Source of the DNA: an uncultured delta proteobacterium
GTDB taxonomy: Bacteria > Desulfobacterota > RBG-13-43-22
Assembly (NCBI GenBank): GCA_963790475.1
Contig: CAWBOS010000013.1
Span: 320,001 to 384,000 of the forward strand
DNA: 64,000 nucleotides
Direction of reading: 5' to 3'
In this document: positions 52,076-62,244 of the stretch, piece after piece
Position numbering within the stretch: position 1 is the first letter of the stretch
How the letters are laid out: the number at the start of each line of letters is the position of its first letter
Notes under the pieces: model-generated
Told to the model about the DNA's origin: nothing
Databases searched by the model: none
Seen by the model: the letters and a program-made list of their open reading frames with translations, nothing else
Made by a program: the position numbers and the translations under genes

Positions 52076-52210
52076 CTCGGCCTCCTGGCCCGAAAAGAAG
52101 TTGTCTGTGGAGAACAGATGTGCTACTAAAGGACCTTAAATCGAAGCCATGATTATAGGACGGTCGTTTAGCTGAAATCAACCTAAAGAATTTTATAAGA
52201 GGGCACGAAA

Positions 52211-53203
52211 ATGATTGCAGAGAACTTCTATGCCGGAAAACGAATATTAATCACCGGGGGACTGGGATTTATCGGGAGTACGCTGGCTATCCGTTTACTG
52301 GATTTAGGGGCCCAGGTGACTCTTGTGGATGGTTTGATACCGGATTTGGGGGCCAATTATTTTAATATCGAATCGATCAATGATCGGGTCGAGGTGGTGG
52401 AAGCCGAGTTGGGGGATCGTTTGGCAGTCGATCCTCTGGTAAAAGGAAAAGACCTGATCTTTAATATCGGCATGCATTCCTGCCATCTGAAATCCATGAC
52501 CGATCCCCTCTTTGACCTGCAGACCAATGTCCTTCAACAGGTTCATTTCTTAGAGTCCTTGCGGTTTAATAATCCACAGGCCCGGGTTATCTATATCGGC
52601 ACCCGGGCGCAATTCGGCCAGGCCCTGACTATTCCCATCACCGAAGATACGCCTCCCAATCCCAAAGATATCTATGCCGCCAGCAAACAGGTTGTGGAAT
52701 GGTATCACCTTCTTTATCAAAAGATTTGTGGCCTCCGAGTGACCTCTTTGCGCCTGGGAAACACCTATGGCCCCCGGCATCAGATGCGCCATGCCCAATA
52801 CGGGGTCCAAAATTTTCTGATCCGTCTGGCCCTGGAGGACCAGGAAATCAAAATCTTTGGTGACGGCAGTCAAAAAAGGGAGATGATTTATATTGACGAT
52901 ATCGTTTCCTGTCTGCTCCTGCTGGGAGAAAAACCGCAATGTGTGGATCAGGTTTATTGCGTGGGGAGTGCCGAGTCCGTCACCTTCCGGCAGTTGGTCG
53001 AGGCGATCATCCGGGCTTGCGGATCCGGGCGTTTTGCCCATACCCCCTGGCCGGAGGACCGAAAGAGCATTGAAGTGGGAGATGTAGTTACCGATTTTTC
53101 CAAACTAACCGCTCATACCGGCTGGAGGCCGACCACCCTGCTGTCGGAGGGACTTTCGAAGACGGCGGATTTTTATCGTAAGTACCGGCTACATTATTGG
53201 TAA
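52211..53203 (+). CDS. NAD-dependent epimerase/dehydratase
   Basis: Motifs TGGLGFIGS, YxxxK (YAASK), NTYGP and GDGSQ.R...YIDD. Confidence 0.92.
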   Translation: MIAENFYAGKRILITGGLGFIGSTLAIRLLDLGAQVTLVDGLIPDLGANYFNIESINDRVEVVEAELGDRLAVDPLVKGKDLIFNIGMHSCHLKSMTDPLFDLQTNVLQQVHFLESLRFNNPQARVIYIGTRAQFGQALTIPITEDTPPNPKDIYAASKQVVEWYHLLYQKICGLRVTSLRLGNTYGPRHQMRHAQYGVQNFLIRLALEDQEIKIFGDGSQKREMIYIDDIVSCLLLLGEKPQCVDQVYCVGSAESVTFRQLVEAIIRACGSGRFAHTPWPEDRKSIEVGDVVTDFSKLTAHTGWRPTTLLSEGLSKTADFYRKYRLHYW

Positions 53204-53335
53204 CTCGCTTTTTATTTCTCGTACGGGATTGTTAACCGTCTCTCTCTTTTCGTCCGGAAAGGGGAGCAATAATCGTAACCGTCGGGGTAAATCCTGTCAG
53301 ACTGATTTTTGACTTATTCGAGTCGGAGGGTGGAA

Positions 53336-54154
53336 ATGTTCCATTATTGGACAGCGGTAATATTGGGTCTGGTAGAAGGGCTGACTGAATTTCTTCCTGT
53401 TTCCTCAACCGGTCATTTGATTCTGGCCGGTCATCTCCTCTCCTTTAAGGGAAGAATAGCCGACACCTTTGATATCGTCATTCAACTCGGGGCCATACTG
53501 GCCGTTGTCATTCTCTATCGTCAGAGATTCCTCGGCCTCTTGCCCAAAAAAGGGTGGATGAATTGGTCCTCAAAAAGCGCCGGTTTCAGCGGGTTTCAGG
53601 GTTGTCTTTTGTTGGGGTTGACCACCCTTCCGGCCCTCATTTTGGGAAAATTCGCCTACGCTTATATCAAGGGCTATCTTTTTAATCCCACCAGTGTCGC
53701 CATAGCCCTGGCGGTGGGGGCCTTTGGCATCCTGGCCGTTGAAAGTTGGCGGCCTAAAACAAAAGCCGATTCCTTGGATGCTATCCGTTGGCCTCAAGCC
53801 CTTTTTATCGGGCTCTTTCAGTGCCTTTCCATGTGGCCGGGAATATCCAGGGCCGGGGCGACCATTATCGGCGGGCTTCTTAATGGATTGGATCGGAAAA
53901 CCGCCGCCGAATATTCCTTTCTGGCCGCCGTTCCGGTCATGATGGCTGCCACAGGATATGATTTGTATAAAACGAGGGGACAATTCCAGGAGGGAGATAT
54001 TCTTTTTTTAGGAATCGGTTTCGTAGTCTCTTTTATCGTGGCCTATTTCACCGTCGCTGTTTTTATTCGACTCCTGGGCCGCTGGACCTTAAAACCTTTT
54101 GCCTGGTATCGTATCGCCCTGGCCCCGGTGGTTCTCCTGTTCTGGCCTGATTAA
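53336..54154 (+). CDS. uppP: Undecaprenyl-diphosphate phosphatase
   Basis: Motifs GLVEGLTEFLPVSSTGH, IQLGAILAV, PGISRAGATI and AAEYSF. Confidence 0.95.
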   Translation: MFHYWTAVILGLVEGLTEFLPVSSTGHLILAGHLLSFKGRIADTFDIVIQLGAILAVVILYRQRFLGLLPKKGWMNWSSKSAGFSGFQGCLLLGLTTLPALILGKFAYAYIKGYLFNPTSVAIALAVGAFGILAVESWRPKTKADSLDAIRWPQALFIGLFQCLSMWPGISRAGATIIGGLLNGLDRKTAAEYSFLAAVPVMMAATGYDLYKTRGQFQEGDILFLGIGFVVSFIVAYFTVAVFIRLLGRWTLKPFAWYRIALAPVVLLFWPD

Positions 54155-55431
54155 AGAACCACTTGACAAGCCTCAGCATCGGAGTCCTTCAGCCTGGCCG
54201 ACATTTCTTTTAAGATGGTGAGGACAATGCTGGGATTTTCCCGAAGCAGTATTTCAAAATTATCCTGGGAGATGCAAACCAGCCGGGTATCCGGTTCAAC
54301 GACTGTTATCGTAACCGTCCGAGGGACATCCAGGAGCATGGCTATCTCTCCAAAATAGTCGCCCTCTGTTATAACCCTTAGCACTTTCCCCTCTTTGTGA
54401 ATGGCCGCGGCCCCGGAGAGGATGTAATACATTTCCTGCCCGATCTCGCCTTCTTTAAAAACAACTTCCCCGTTTTCAAAGACCTTAACAAACTTATTGG
54501 GAATTTTCCGGCCTGCCTTTTGGTTAAAGAAGAGGCCTCTAAAAACAAGGGCCTCCTTTCGTTTCATATTGGCCATAATCTCGGCCCCCGCCAACATCAC
54601 GGCAAAAGAATAATAGACCCAGATCACCAATAAAAAAACCATTTTCAAAGATCCAAAGGCAAACCCGTAATTGGGGTTGACCTGGAGGACCAGGGAAAAG
54701 GCGGGCCGGATCAGGGACCAAAGAGCGACGGTTGTTAATGAACCGATCAGGAGCTGAGACCATTTTACTTTTACCGGGACAAAAAAAATGAAAAAAAGGA
54801 AGAGAGAGATTAAGGCAATAAAAAAGGGGGCCAGGAGATAGCTGATATCCAGAAACGTTGGTAAATCGATCAATAAAGTGTCGACATAGAGCGAATAAAG
54901 GAATTCGCCTGATACCAAAAGAATAAACATGACCAAAATGATCAGGACCCCCAGGCCGTCCCATAATTTGGCTTTAAAATAAGAAAATTCCCGTTCAAAT
55001 CTGAAAATTTTGGAAAATGCGGTTCTACAGGCCCTGGCAAAGGGGGTAATCAATCCGATAAGGGTCAGGAGGGTAAAGACTTCCCATAAGGCCCTGTGCC
55101 TGGCTATCGTCGCTACCTCTTTGATAATGACCTTATTGATTTCCGGAAATTGCCTTGGGAAAAGTCGTTCAATTTCCTCCAGGGCCTTTTGAGAAGAAAC
55201 CAGGTAACTCGCCAGGGGATAGATGGTCAGCAAAAGCAAAGGGATCAGGGCAAAAAAACTGTAAAATGACAGGGTGGCCGCCATTTCAAAATTATTGTTT
55301 TTTTGAAAAGAGTTAACTGTCTCCTTTAAAACCAAAACAAAATTATTGAATTTTTCTCGGGCGACGGAAAACATATTGAGATTCTTCACCATCCCGTTTA
55401 AGGAATAGGGAGCGGATTCATTCCTGAGCAA
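54151..55431 (-). CDS. YihY/BrkB-family membrane protein fused to a cyclic-nucleotide-binding domain
   Basis: AA.LSFYSFFALIP and Y...FGSL....L..WVY.S......GAE, then GE..F.EG..G..MY.ILSG and FGEIA.L...R. Start is uncertain. Confidence 0.85.
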   Translation of the reverse strand: MLRNESAPYSLNGMVKNLNMFSVAREKFNNFVLVLKETVNSFQKNNNFEMAATLSFYSFFALIPLLLLTIYPLASYLVSSQKALEEIERLFPRQFPEINKVIIKEVATIARHRALWEVFTLLTLIGLITPFARACRTAFSKIFRFEREFSYFKAKLWDGLGVLIILVMFILLVSGEFLYSLYVDTLLIDLPTFLDISYLLAPFFIALISLFLFFIFFVPVKVKWSQLLIGSLTTVALWSLIRPAFSLVLQVNPNYGFAFGSLKMVFLLVIWVYYSFAVMLAGAEIMANMKRKEALVFRGLFFNQKAGRKIPNKFVKVFENGEVVFKEGEIGQEMYYILSGAAAIHKEGKVLRVITEGDYFGEIAMLLDVPRTVTITVVEPDTRLVCISQDNFEILLRENPSIVLTILKEMSARLKDSDAEACQVVL

Positions 55432-55472
55432 TCTCTTCCGGCATCTTCTTGGTCAATCCAAAATCATAATTC

Positions 55473-56948
55473 CTATTTCCGATAAAGAGCAAACCGGTCA
55501 TATTCCAGCTTGAGCCAATCAGGCCAGAATTCCCGATCAATGGGATAACTGGCATCCAGGGCTTGAAAGGATCCGTCGCCGGCCACTTTTCGGATGCGCT
55601 CCTGGGTATTATATTTCACTTCATCCACCCCGATTAGTTTGGCCACAGCCCGGTTGATCTCTTCCAGCGTTTTGTCGTAAGGATTATCGCCTCGAAAGGC
55701 CCTCTGCACGGCCAGCTCGTTCAAACATTCCGGTCCGCGATGCCATTCCTTGAAAGAAGGAAAAAACATCGGGCCGTAAGAAACCCAGAATTCGATCGTT
55801 TTGGCCCCGGCATTATAAGTGACCCAGACCGACCCGCCTTCACTGACGCTGCCTCTTACGATACTGTCATCCCCCATGGCCACATTTTTGTTGCGTAGCA
55901 GAGATTCGACCCCCCCAAACTTAAGTCCTACCTCTTTGGTGCGGGTCAGGATCTCCCCTTCCTGGAAGGTCCGGACCGCCTGAGGAAGTTTGATCAGGGC
56001 CGGAAAAAGGTTTATTTTCAGACCTTCGGCAATTCCCACGGAAACCCCCCATCCCGATTCCGGATTGGGAATGACTACATCCGCCAGCGAGTTTTTGTAG
56101 CGGTCCACCAATTCCAAACCCAGTTCCCGGCGAAGTTGAAATATTTCTTTTCCCCTGAATTGCGACCCCACACTGCCGAAATAGACCCCCTGAAAAATAT
56201 CCGGCATCAGGGGTTCCTCCCGTAATCGTTTGGTTTCGCATCCCTTGGAAGAACAAAGGGTCATTTCCGCGCCGTCGTATTCTTTTTCGGTGATCCCTTC
56301 CAGCCGTCGGTGGGAACAGGATTCCGAACTGGTCGCAAAAGTGCTCCCGATACTGGCATAGCAAAAAGGCTCGAAGGCCTTGGCATCATTTAAGGCGACC
56401 AGATGGGTTTCCTTTCCGTCATGGACCAGGGCGGTCAGGGCGAAGGTAGCCCGGCCGAACAATTTATCAATCAGCCTTCGTCCGGCTTCAAAGGTAATCC
56501 CGCTTTGGGTAAGGTATTTATGCAGAAAGGCCCCCACAATTTCAGTCTTGTTGTCGGTTTGAAGGACATAATCGTTTTCCAGTTCGGCCTTCAAGTCATC
56601 GTCTTTAATCAGGTATCCATCCATGGTCAGAACGACCGTAAGCCCGGCTTCTTGACGGGGAAAGATTTCTATCGGTTCGGCATTTGTTTTCTCAGCCATT
56701 TTTCTTTTGGTATACCCGATATTGCCGATGGCCGCCATCGGTTCCAAATCTTGAAAGTTCCTGATCACGTTATAATCGATCACCTCGGCGATTCGGCCCA
56801 GGCCTTTATGGATGTAAATCCCTTTTTTAGTCCCTACCGCCAGGCCGGTACTGGCCTTGCCCCGGTGCTGGCAGGCCCCGGTAGCCAAAAAGGTTTTATT
56901 GACCAACTCCGGATCGCCCGGTCCGTAAATACCGACAATACCGTCCAA
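55473..56948 (-). CDS. Amidophosphoribosyltransferase (PurF)-like protein lacking the catalytic Cys
   Basis: N-terminus MDGIVGIYG; QHRG; P.PESG; RTF; DDSIVRG PRPP-binding motif. Confidence 0.8.
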   Translation of the reverse strand: MDGIVGIYGPGDPELVNKTFLATGACQHRGKASTGLAVGTKKGIYIHKGLGRIAEVIDYNVIRNFQDLEPMAAIGNIGYTKRKMAEKTNAEPIEIFPRQEAGLTVVLTMDGYLIKDDDLKAELENDYVLQTDNKTEIVGAFLHKYLTQSGITFEAGRRLIDKLFGRATFALTALVHDGKETHLVALNDAKAFEPFCYASIGSTFATSSESCSHRRLEGITEKEYDGAEMTLCSSKGCETKRLREEPLMPDIFQGVYFGSVGSQFRGKEIFQLRRELGLELVDRYKNSLADVVIPNPESGWGVSVGIAEGLKINLFPALIKLPQAVRTFQEGEILTRTKEVGLKFGGVESLLRNKNVAMGDDSIVRGSVSEGGSVWVTYNAGAKTIEFWVSYGPMFFPSFKEWHRGPECLNELAVQRAFRGDNPYDKTLEEINRAVAKLIGVDEVKYNTQERIRKVAGDGSFQALDASYPIDREFWPDWLKLEYDRFALYRK

Positions 56949-57096
56949 TGTAATCCTCCTTTGTCAAAATCACTTCAAGATTCGGATGAGAATATATTGA
57001 TAACCTTCGATCAGGACGACTTCTAAGCCGCCCGGTAATTGATCATTGACGGTTAAATAACCGAAGTAAACAATTCCCCAAGATTTCTTCAGGTCC

Positions 57097-58257
57097 TCAA
57101 AACGGCGGGTGAACGGTCATAAAAGTCAATACCTCCATGCCGTTGCTTTCTGCTTTAGTTTTTCCTCCGTTGATCACCCGAATCATCAAATCCATCATCT
57201 CGGCCTGTAATTGATCTAAAGGCCGGCCTTCCACCAGGCTCCCGGCGTTGATATCCATATCCTCTTTCATGGCCTCGTAGATCCTGGTATTACTGGCCAC
57301 CTTGATCACCGGCAGGGCCGGAAATCCGACCGGGGTCCCCCGACCGGTGGAAAAAAACATCAGTTGGGCACCGCTGGCCGCCAGGCCGGCCATGGAATCT
57401 CCGTCATACCCTGGGCCATCCTGCAGGATGAGCCCGTGTTCGGTAGGAATCTCACCGTAATCCACAACCTGGTTGATGGTGGTAGTGCCGCCTTTAACAA
57501 TACAGCCCATGGATTTTTCGGCGATGGTGCTCATCCCTCCGTCCATATTGCCCGGAGAGATAACCAAACCGGCCAGATCTCCCATGACTTCATGGGTTAT
57601 TCTTTCAGCCCGGCCAACCATTTCTTCGATCTGTTTGGCTACCCGAGCGTCCTTAGCCCTCCTGGCCAGGACGTGAGCGGTCCCGATCATCTCAGTATTT
57701 TCTCCGAAAATCACCGTGGCCCCCTTGGCCACCAGCCGGTCCGCGACCGCGCCCAGGGCCACATTGGCCGTCACGCCGGACATGGCATCCGAACCGCCGC
57801 ATTCCATGGCCACCAGCAGTTGATCCCAGGGCAAAGCAACCCTCGGTTGACCGTTGATCTCCGATAATATCCGGCGGACGGCATCAGCCCCTTTCCTGGC
57901 GGTGGAGAGAGAGCCTCCATCCTCCTGCACGTTAAATACGGCGAAGGGTTTCCCGGTTTCATTAATCAGGGGAAGCAGACTCTTGGTATTGGAAACCTCA
58001 CAGCCCAACCCGATCAAAACCACCCCGCCCACATTGGGATGCCGCATAAGGCCGGCAAGGATCCGGAATAAAATTTCCATATCCCTCCGTCCTCCCCGGC
58101 CGCATCCATGGGAGTGGGTGGCACAGACGGCCTCCGGCACTTCCCGGGCAATTCGGTTGACCACCCCGTTGACGCAGGAAACGGCAGGCAAAACCAGTAC
58201 ATGATTTCGGATGCCGAATCTTCCGTCTTTTCTTTCGTATCCTGTGATTTCCATCAT
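57097..58257 (-). CDS. UxaA/GarD/SuyB-family dehydratase or sulfo-lyase, large subunit
   Basis: Motifs GY.R.DGR.GIRN, H.HGCG, GLGCE, ECGGSD, SPGN..GG.STI.EKS.G and FSTGRG. Confidence 0.88.
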   Translation of the reverse strand: MMEITGYERKDGRFGIRNHVLVLPAVSCVNGVVNRIAREVPEAVCATHSHGCGRGGRRDMEILFRILAGLMRHPNVGGVVLIGLGCEVSNTKSLLPLINETGKPFAVFNVQEDGGSLSTARKGADAVRRILSEINGQPRVALPWDQLLVAMECGGSDAMSGVTANVALGAVADRLVAKGATVIFGENTEMIGTAHVLARRAKDARVAKQIEEMVGRAERITHEVMGDLAGLVISPGNMDGGMSTIAEKSMGCIVKGGTTTINQVVDYGEIPTEHGLILQDGPGYDGDSMAGLAASGAQLMFFSTGRGTPVGFPALPVIKVASNTRIYEAMKEDMDINAGSLVEGRPLDQLQAEMMDLMIRVINGGKTKAESNGMEVLTFMTVHPPF

Positions 58258-58526
58258 CGCTTCCACCGCTTGCTTTCCAGATTATGGGTATGAACCCATT
58301 CTCCCTTTTTGATATTGCGGATGCTGACCGCCACCGTTTCTCCGTACTTGATGATTTCCTCTTCTTCAGAAATATCGCGGAGGGCGATTTTGTGACTGAC
58401 CGGTATCCCTTCCAAAGCGGTGAATCGATCTATCCCTCGGGCCGCCACCTGCTCTCCGGCCCCTATCCTCCTCAAGGCCACAGCCACATTATCCCGGGGA
58501 TGAATAATGAGAATATTTTCCTCCAT
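58254..58526 (-). CDS. UxaA-family small (SAF-domain) subunit
   Basis: Motifs IHP.DNVAVAL, HKIAL, IIKYG and GEWVHTHN. Confidence 0.88.
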   Translation of the reverse strand: MEENILIIHPRDNVAVALRRIGAGEQVAARGIDRFTALEGIPVSHKIALRDISEEEEIIKYGETVAVSIRNIKKGEWVHTHNLESKRWKR

Positions 58527-58747
58527 CCTTTTCTCCTTTTTGGCGAAATGCCCCTTCGAATAATTTCATTGAATCCTAACATAGAACGATTAACCATACC
58601 AATTTTTTCTTTAAACTCGAGCCGATGAGCGGGGCATGATGTTTCTTAATAATACCTTGAGAAATTGAAGGATCATTTCGGGTATTCTTCTTGACAAATT
58701 ATAAGCTTATGTTATCCAATGGGCCGATTGCCAGGAAGGTATCGTTC

Positions 58748-59551
58748 ATGAATACAGGTAGAATTATAAAACCACCAGCTTATAAGACAGTCTTCGATAG
58801 GTATCAATCCGAATCCATACAAAACCTGCGGAAGGCATTTATTGAGATCATCACCCGTTTTGATGTCCCTTACGCGGAGAATATTTTAAAAACCAACGAT
58901 TGGCTCAATTATTGTTATTATTGCAGTCTGGTTCATTGCTTTAAGCCCGAGCCGTCGGCCTTGATCATCGATTGGGGCGGTCTCTACGGGCATATCACCA
59001 TGATACTCCAGACCATGGGGTATCGGAACGTATTTAATTACCTACTGCATCAGACACCTCATTATTCACTCTTTGAAGAAACGTTGGGGATTCCCACATT
59101 GTGGGGACAGGATCCGAACCGGCTTAACCTGGACAGCAATTCGGTGGATGTGTTCATTTCTTCCGGCGTTCTGGAGCATGTCCGTGAGGATGGAAAAGGA
59201 GAGGAGGAAACGATCCTACGGGAAATCCATCGAGTCTTAAAGACAGATGGTCTCTTTTTTATTTGGAACCTGCCCGCCAAACTGGGCACCTCCGAACTGT
59301 TGGCCATAACCACCGGCAAGTGGCATCACCAATATCGATATTGGAGAAAGGATATCATTCGACTTCTTCGAGAAGCAAAATTCGAACTCTTATATCTGGA
59401 CAAACATAAATTCTTCCCCGGTTCGGTTATGACCTTCCTCGAAAAAAGAATGGATCCCATCCGCTTGTTGAAGTGGGACAACCGTCTTTCCCACCTGCCT
59501 CCCTTTAATCTATTGGCCCGGGATTTCGTCCTGGTAGCACGGAAAACATAA
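58748..59551 (+). CDS. Class I SAM-dependent methyltransferase
   Basis: Motifs IIDWGG.YG, S.D...S.GVLEHV and EI.RVLK.DG. Confidence 0.8.
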   Translation: MNTGRIIKPPAYKTVFDRYQSESIQNLRKAFIEIITRFDVPYAENILKTNDWLNYCYYCSLVHCFKPEPSALIIDWGGLYGHITMILQTMGYRNVFNYLLHQTPHYSLFEETLGIPTLWGQDPNRLNLDSNSVDVFISSGVLEHVREDGKGEEETILREIHRVLKTDGLFFIWNLPAKLGTSELLAITTGKWHHQYRYWRKDIIRLLREAKFELLYLDKHKFFPGSVMTFLEKRMDPIRLLKWDNRLSHLPPFNLLARDFVLVARKT

Positions 59552-59704
59552 GTTTTCAAAAATATCAGTGGATTTATAGTAGTCTTGATATGAAAATAAA
59601 GAGCTTCAACGAAATGGGACAGGGGGGGTCTGGCAGTAAGATTTTTAAATTCTTATATTGAGACCCTTAAAAGAAACAAATGGATAAAGAAGTCATTGGA
59701 GGAA

Positions 59705-60409
59705 CTAAAGCCCCAGGTACGTCTGACGGATATGATCATCCTGCAACAGCTCATGGGCCGGACCGTGCTTAATGATTTCCCCGTTTTCGAGAATGTAAGC
59801 CCTTTGCGCCATGTGCAGGGCATAATGGATGTTCTGTTCTATCAAAAGGATCGTAGTGCCTTCCTGATTGATTTGGGAAATGATACTGAAGATACTGCGG
59901 ACTAAAAGGGGAGACAGGCCCAGGGAGGGTTCGTCCAACATCAGGATCATGGGCCTGGACATCAATCCCCGACCGATGGCCAGCATTTGCTGTTCTCCGC
60001 CGGACAAGGTGCCGGCGCTCTGATTTTTCCTTTCCTCCAGCCGGGGGAAAAGCCCAAAAATTTTTTTCATGTTTTCTTTTCTATCTTTTCGGGCTTTGGG
60101 ATTCAAAGCCCCCAATTCCAAATTTTCCAAAACCGACATGGAAGGAAAGAGCTGCCGGCCTTCGGGGATCTGGATAATCCCGGCCTCGACGATAGCCGAG
60201 GTAGAAATGTTGCTGATGGGTCGGTTGAACCAGGTGATCAACCCTTTCCGGGCACGCAGCATGCCGGAAATGGTCTTGATGATCGTTGATTTTCCGGCCC
60301 CGTTGGAACCGATGATGGTGACGATTTCCCCTTCCTCCACTTTGAGGGAAACCCCCCGCAGGGCCTGAAGGTCTCCGTAAAAAACGTCCAGATTTTCTAC
60401 ATTAAGCAA
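59705..60409 (-). CDS. Branched-chain amino acid-type ABC ATPase (LivF-like)
   Basis: Motifs GSNGAGKST, PEGR, LSGGEQQMLA and LDEPSLGL. Confidence 0.93.
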   Translation of the reverse strand: MLNVENLDVFYGDLQALRGVSLKVEEGEIVTIIGSNGAGKSTIIKTISGMLRARKGLITWFNRPISNISTSAIVEAGIIQIPEGRQLFPSMSVLENLELGALNPKARKDRKENMKKIFGLFPRLEERKNQSAGTLSGGEQQMLAIGRGLMSRPMILMLDEPSLGLSPLLVRSIFSIISQINQEGTTILLIEQNIHYALHMAQRAYILENGEIIKHGPAHELLQDDHIRQTYLGL

Positions 60410-61127
60410 CTTTAAAATCCTCTCCCAGGTAGGCCTCTATAACCTGAGGATTTTGGGTGACCTCTTCCGGCAGACCTTCGGCGATCATTTCCCCGAAGTT
60501 GAGGACCGCAATCCGGTGGGACAGGGCCATAACTCCGCGCATGACGTGCTCGATCAGCAGGATGGTCACGCCCTTCCGGTTGACCTCTCGAATCAGTCTG
60601 ATCAAGGCGTCGGTTTCTGTGGGATTGATGCCGGCCATGACCTCATCGAGCATCAAAAGCGTGGGGCCTGTGGCCAAAGCCCTGGCCAGTTCCAGGCGTT
60701 TCCGGTGAGGAAGGGTCAATTCGTTGGCCGATGCCGACCGCTTTTGATCCAGACCGACAAATTCAATGACCTCTTCGGCTTTTCTCTTCGCCTCGGTTAA
60801 AGAAGAGGAACGATTATAAGCGGCTACGATCACATTATCTATAACCGTCAACTCCAGGAAGGGCTTGACGATTTGAAAAGTCCGGACCATCCCCAGACTA
60901 CATATCTGGTGAGGTTTCAGGCCCAGAATCGATTTTCCCTGAAAATAGATCTGTCCGCTGTCCAGGCGGATAAAACCGGTCAGGACATTGAACAGGGTCG
61001 TCTTACCCGCCCCGTTTGGCCCGATGATAGCTACGATTTCCCCGGAATTGACCTGCATGGAAATAGTATGCAGGGCCCGAAGGCCTCCGAAATTTTTCCC
61101 CACTTTTTCTATGGATAACAGGTTCAC
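60402..61127 (-). CDS. ABC ATPase (LivG-like)
   Basis: Motifs FGGL.A, GPNGAGKTT, RTFQ, LDE..AG, IEH and V.EAYLG. Confidence 0.93.
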   Translation of the reverse strand: MNLLSIEKVGKNFGGLRALHTISMQVNSGEIVAIIGPNGAGKTTLFNVLTGFIRLDSGQIYFQGKSILGLKPHQICSLGMVRTFQIVKPFLELTVIDNVIVAAYNRSSSLTEAKRKAEEVIEFVGLDQKRSASANELTLPHRKRLELARALATGPTLLMLDEVMAGINPTETDALIRLIREVNRKGVTILLIEHVMRGVMALSHRIAVLNFGEMIAEGLPEEVTQNPQVIEAYLGEDFKVA

Positions 61128-61233
61128 CAAGGTTCCTTGCTTTAATAAGACCACTTCATACCGTTTTTGGGTTATTAGTGACTGGCCATGGGGAAACCAG
61201 TAATAGCGTAATCTCTTGCCTCTTGCCTCTTGC

Positions 61234-62244
61234 CTATCGCCCCTTGCCTGTTTTCACCCCTCGGTCTTTTTCCCCCGGTGATGAATTTCTAATAAATATC
61301 GGTCTAAATACACGGTTCAAATAAGGCATGACCCCCCTGGGGAAAAAAAAGACAGCAAAGATCAGAACAAAGCCATAAATGACCATATGCAGGCCCGGAC
61401 GTCCCACTTCGGAAAGGTAGGCTCTGGTCCATTCCGCCGGCAGGGTGATCAGGAAGGAGCCGACAATGGGTCCCAATACCGTGCCCATGCCTCCGATAAT
61501 AGGGCGCAGGATAATCTCAATGGACATCCCCATACTCATAAGCCGGTCCGGGCTCAAATGAAAAATCCGGTTGGCATCGAAGGTCCCGCCCAGGGCAGTC
61601 ATAAATGAACTCAAGCCAATGGCCCACATCTTGTATCTAAAGGTATTAACTCCCAGGCTTTCGGCGGCATCCTCATCTTCCCGAATGGCCATCAGATAGC
61701 GGCCGACTTTGGAAACTTCAAAGACCCGGACCACAACCACTGAAAACAGGAGCAAACCCAAGGCGATATAATAGTAGGGGAGATTCCCTTTGAATTGCAT
61801 GTTCCAAAAGCCCGGTCTAAAATCGAGAAACAGACCCATGAAGGAACCCAGACTGTCCATGTGTAAGGCTATCAACCGTCCGATCTCGGCAAAAGAGATG
61901 GTGATCAAGACAAAATACACCCCCCGCAAACCGAAACGAAATCCCAGAAAGCCGATGAACAGGCCCACGGCCATGGCCAGCAGGGCCCCGATGAACATAC
62001 CGGCCCAGGGGGACAAACCGAAAACAATGGCCAGTCGGGTGGAGGTATAGGCCCCGATCCCCACATACAGGGCGTGGCCGAGGGAGATATTGCCGGTATA
62101 GCCGGTCAGGATATTCCAGCATTGGCCCAGGTAGGCATAGTAAAAGATAAGAATAAAGATTTCCAGCCAGTAGTTATTGAGCACCTGGGGCAGGAAGAGC
62201 AGCACGGCCAGGATTATACTCAGAAAAACATACAGACGATTCAT
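61234..62244 (-). CDS. ABC permease (LivM-like)
   Basis: Motifs WNIL.GY.G..SLGH, LRG.YF and AIREDE.AAESLGVN. Confidence 0.92.
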   Translation of the reverse strand: MNRLYVFLSIILAVLLFLPQVLNNYWLEIFILIFYYAYLGQCWNILTGYTGNISLGHALYVGIGAYTSTRLAIVFGLSPWAGMFIGALLAMAVGLFIGFLGFRFGLRGVYFVLITISFAEIGRLIALHMDSLGSFMGLFLDFRPGFWNMQFKGNLPYYYIALGLLLFSVVVVRVFEVSKVGRYLMAIREDEDAAESLGVNTFRYKMWAIGLSSFMTALGGTFDANRIFHLSPDRLMSMGMSIEIILRPIIGGMGTVLGPIVGSFLITLPAEWTRAYLSEVGRPGLHMVIYGFVLIFAVFFFPRGVMPYLNRVFRPIFIRNSSPGEKDRGVKTGKGR

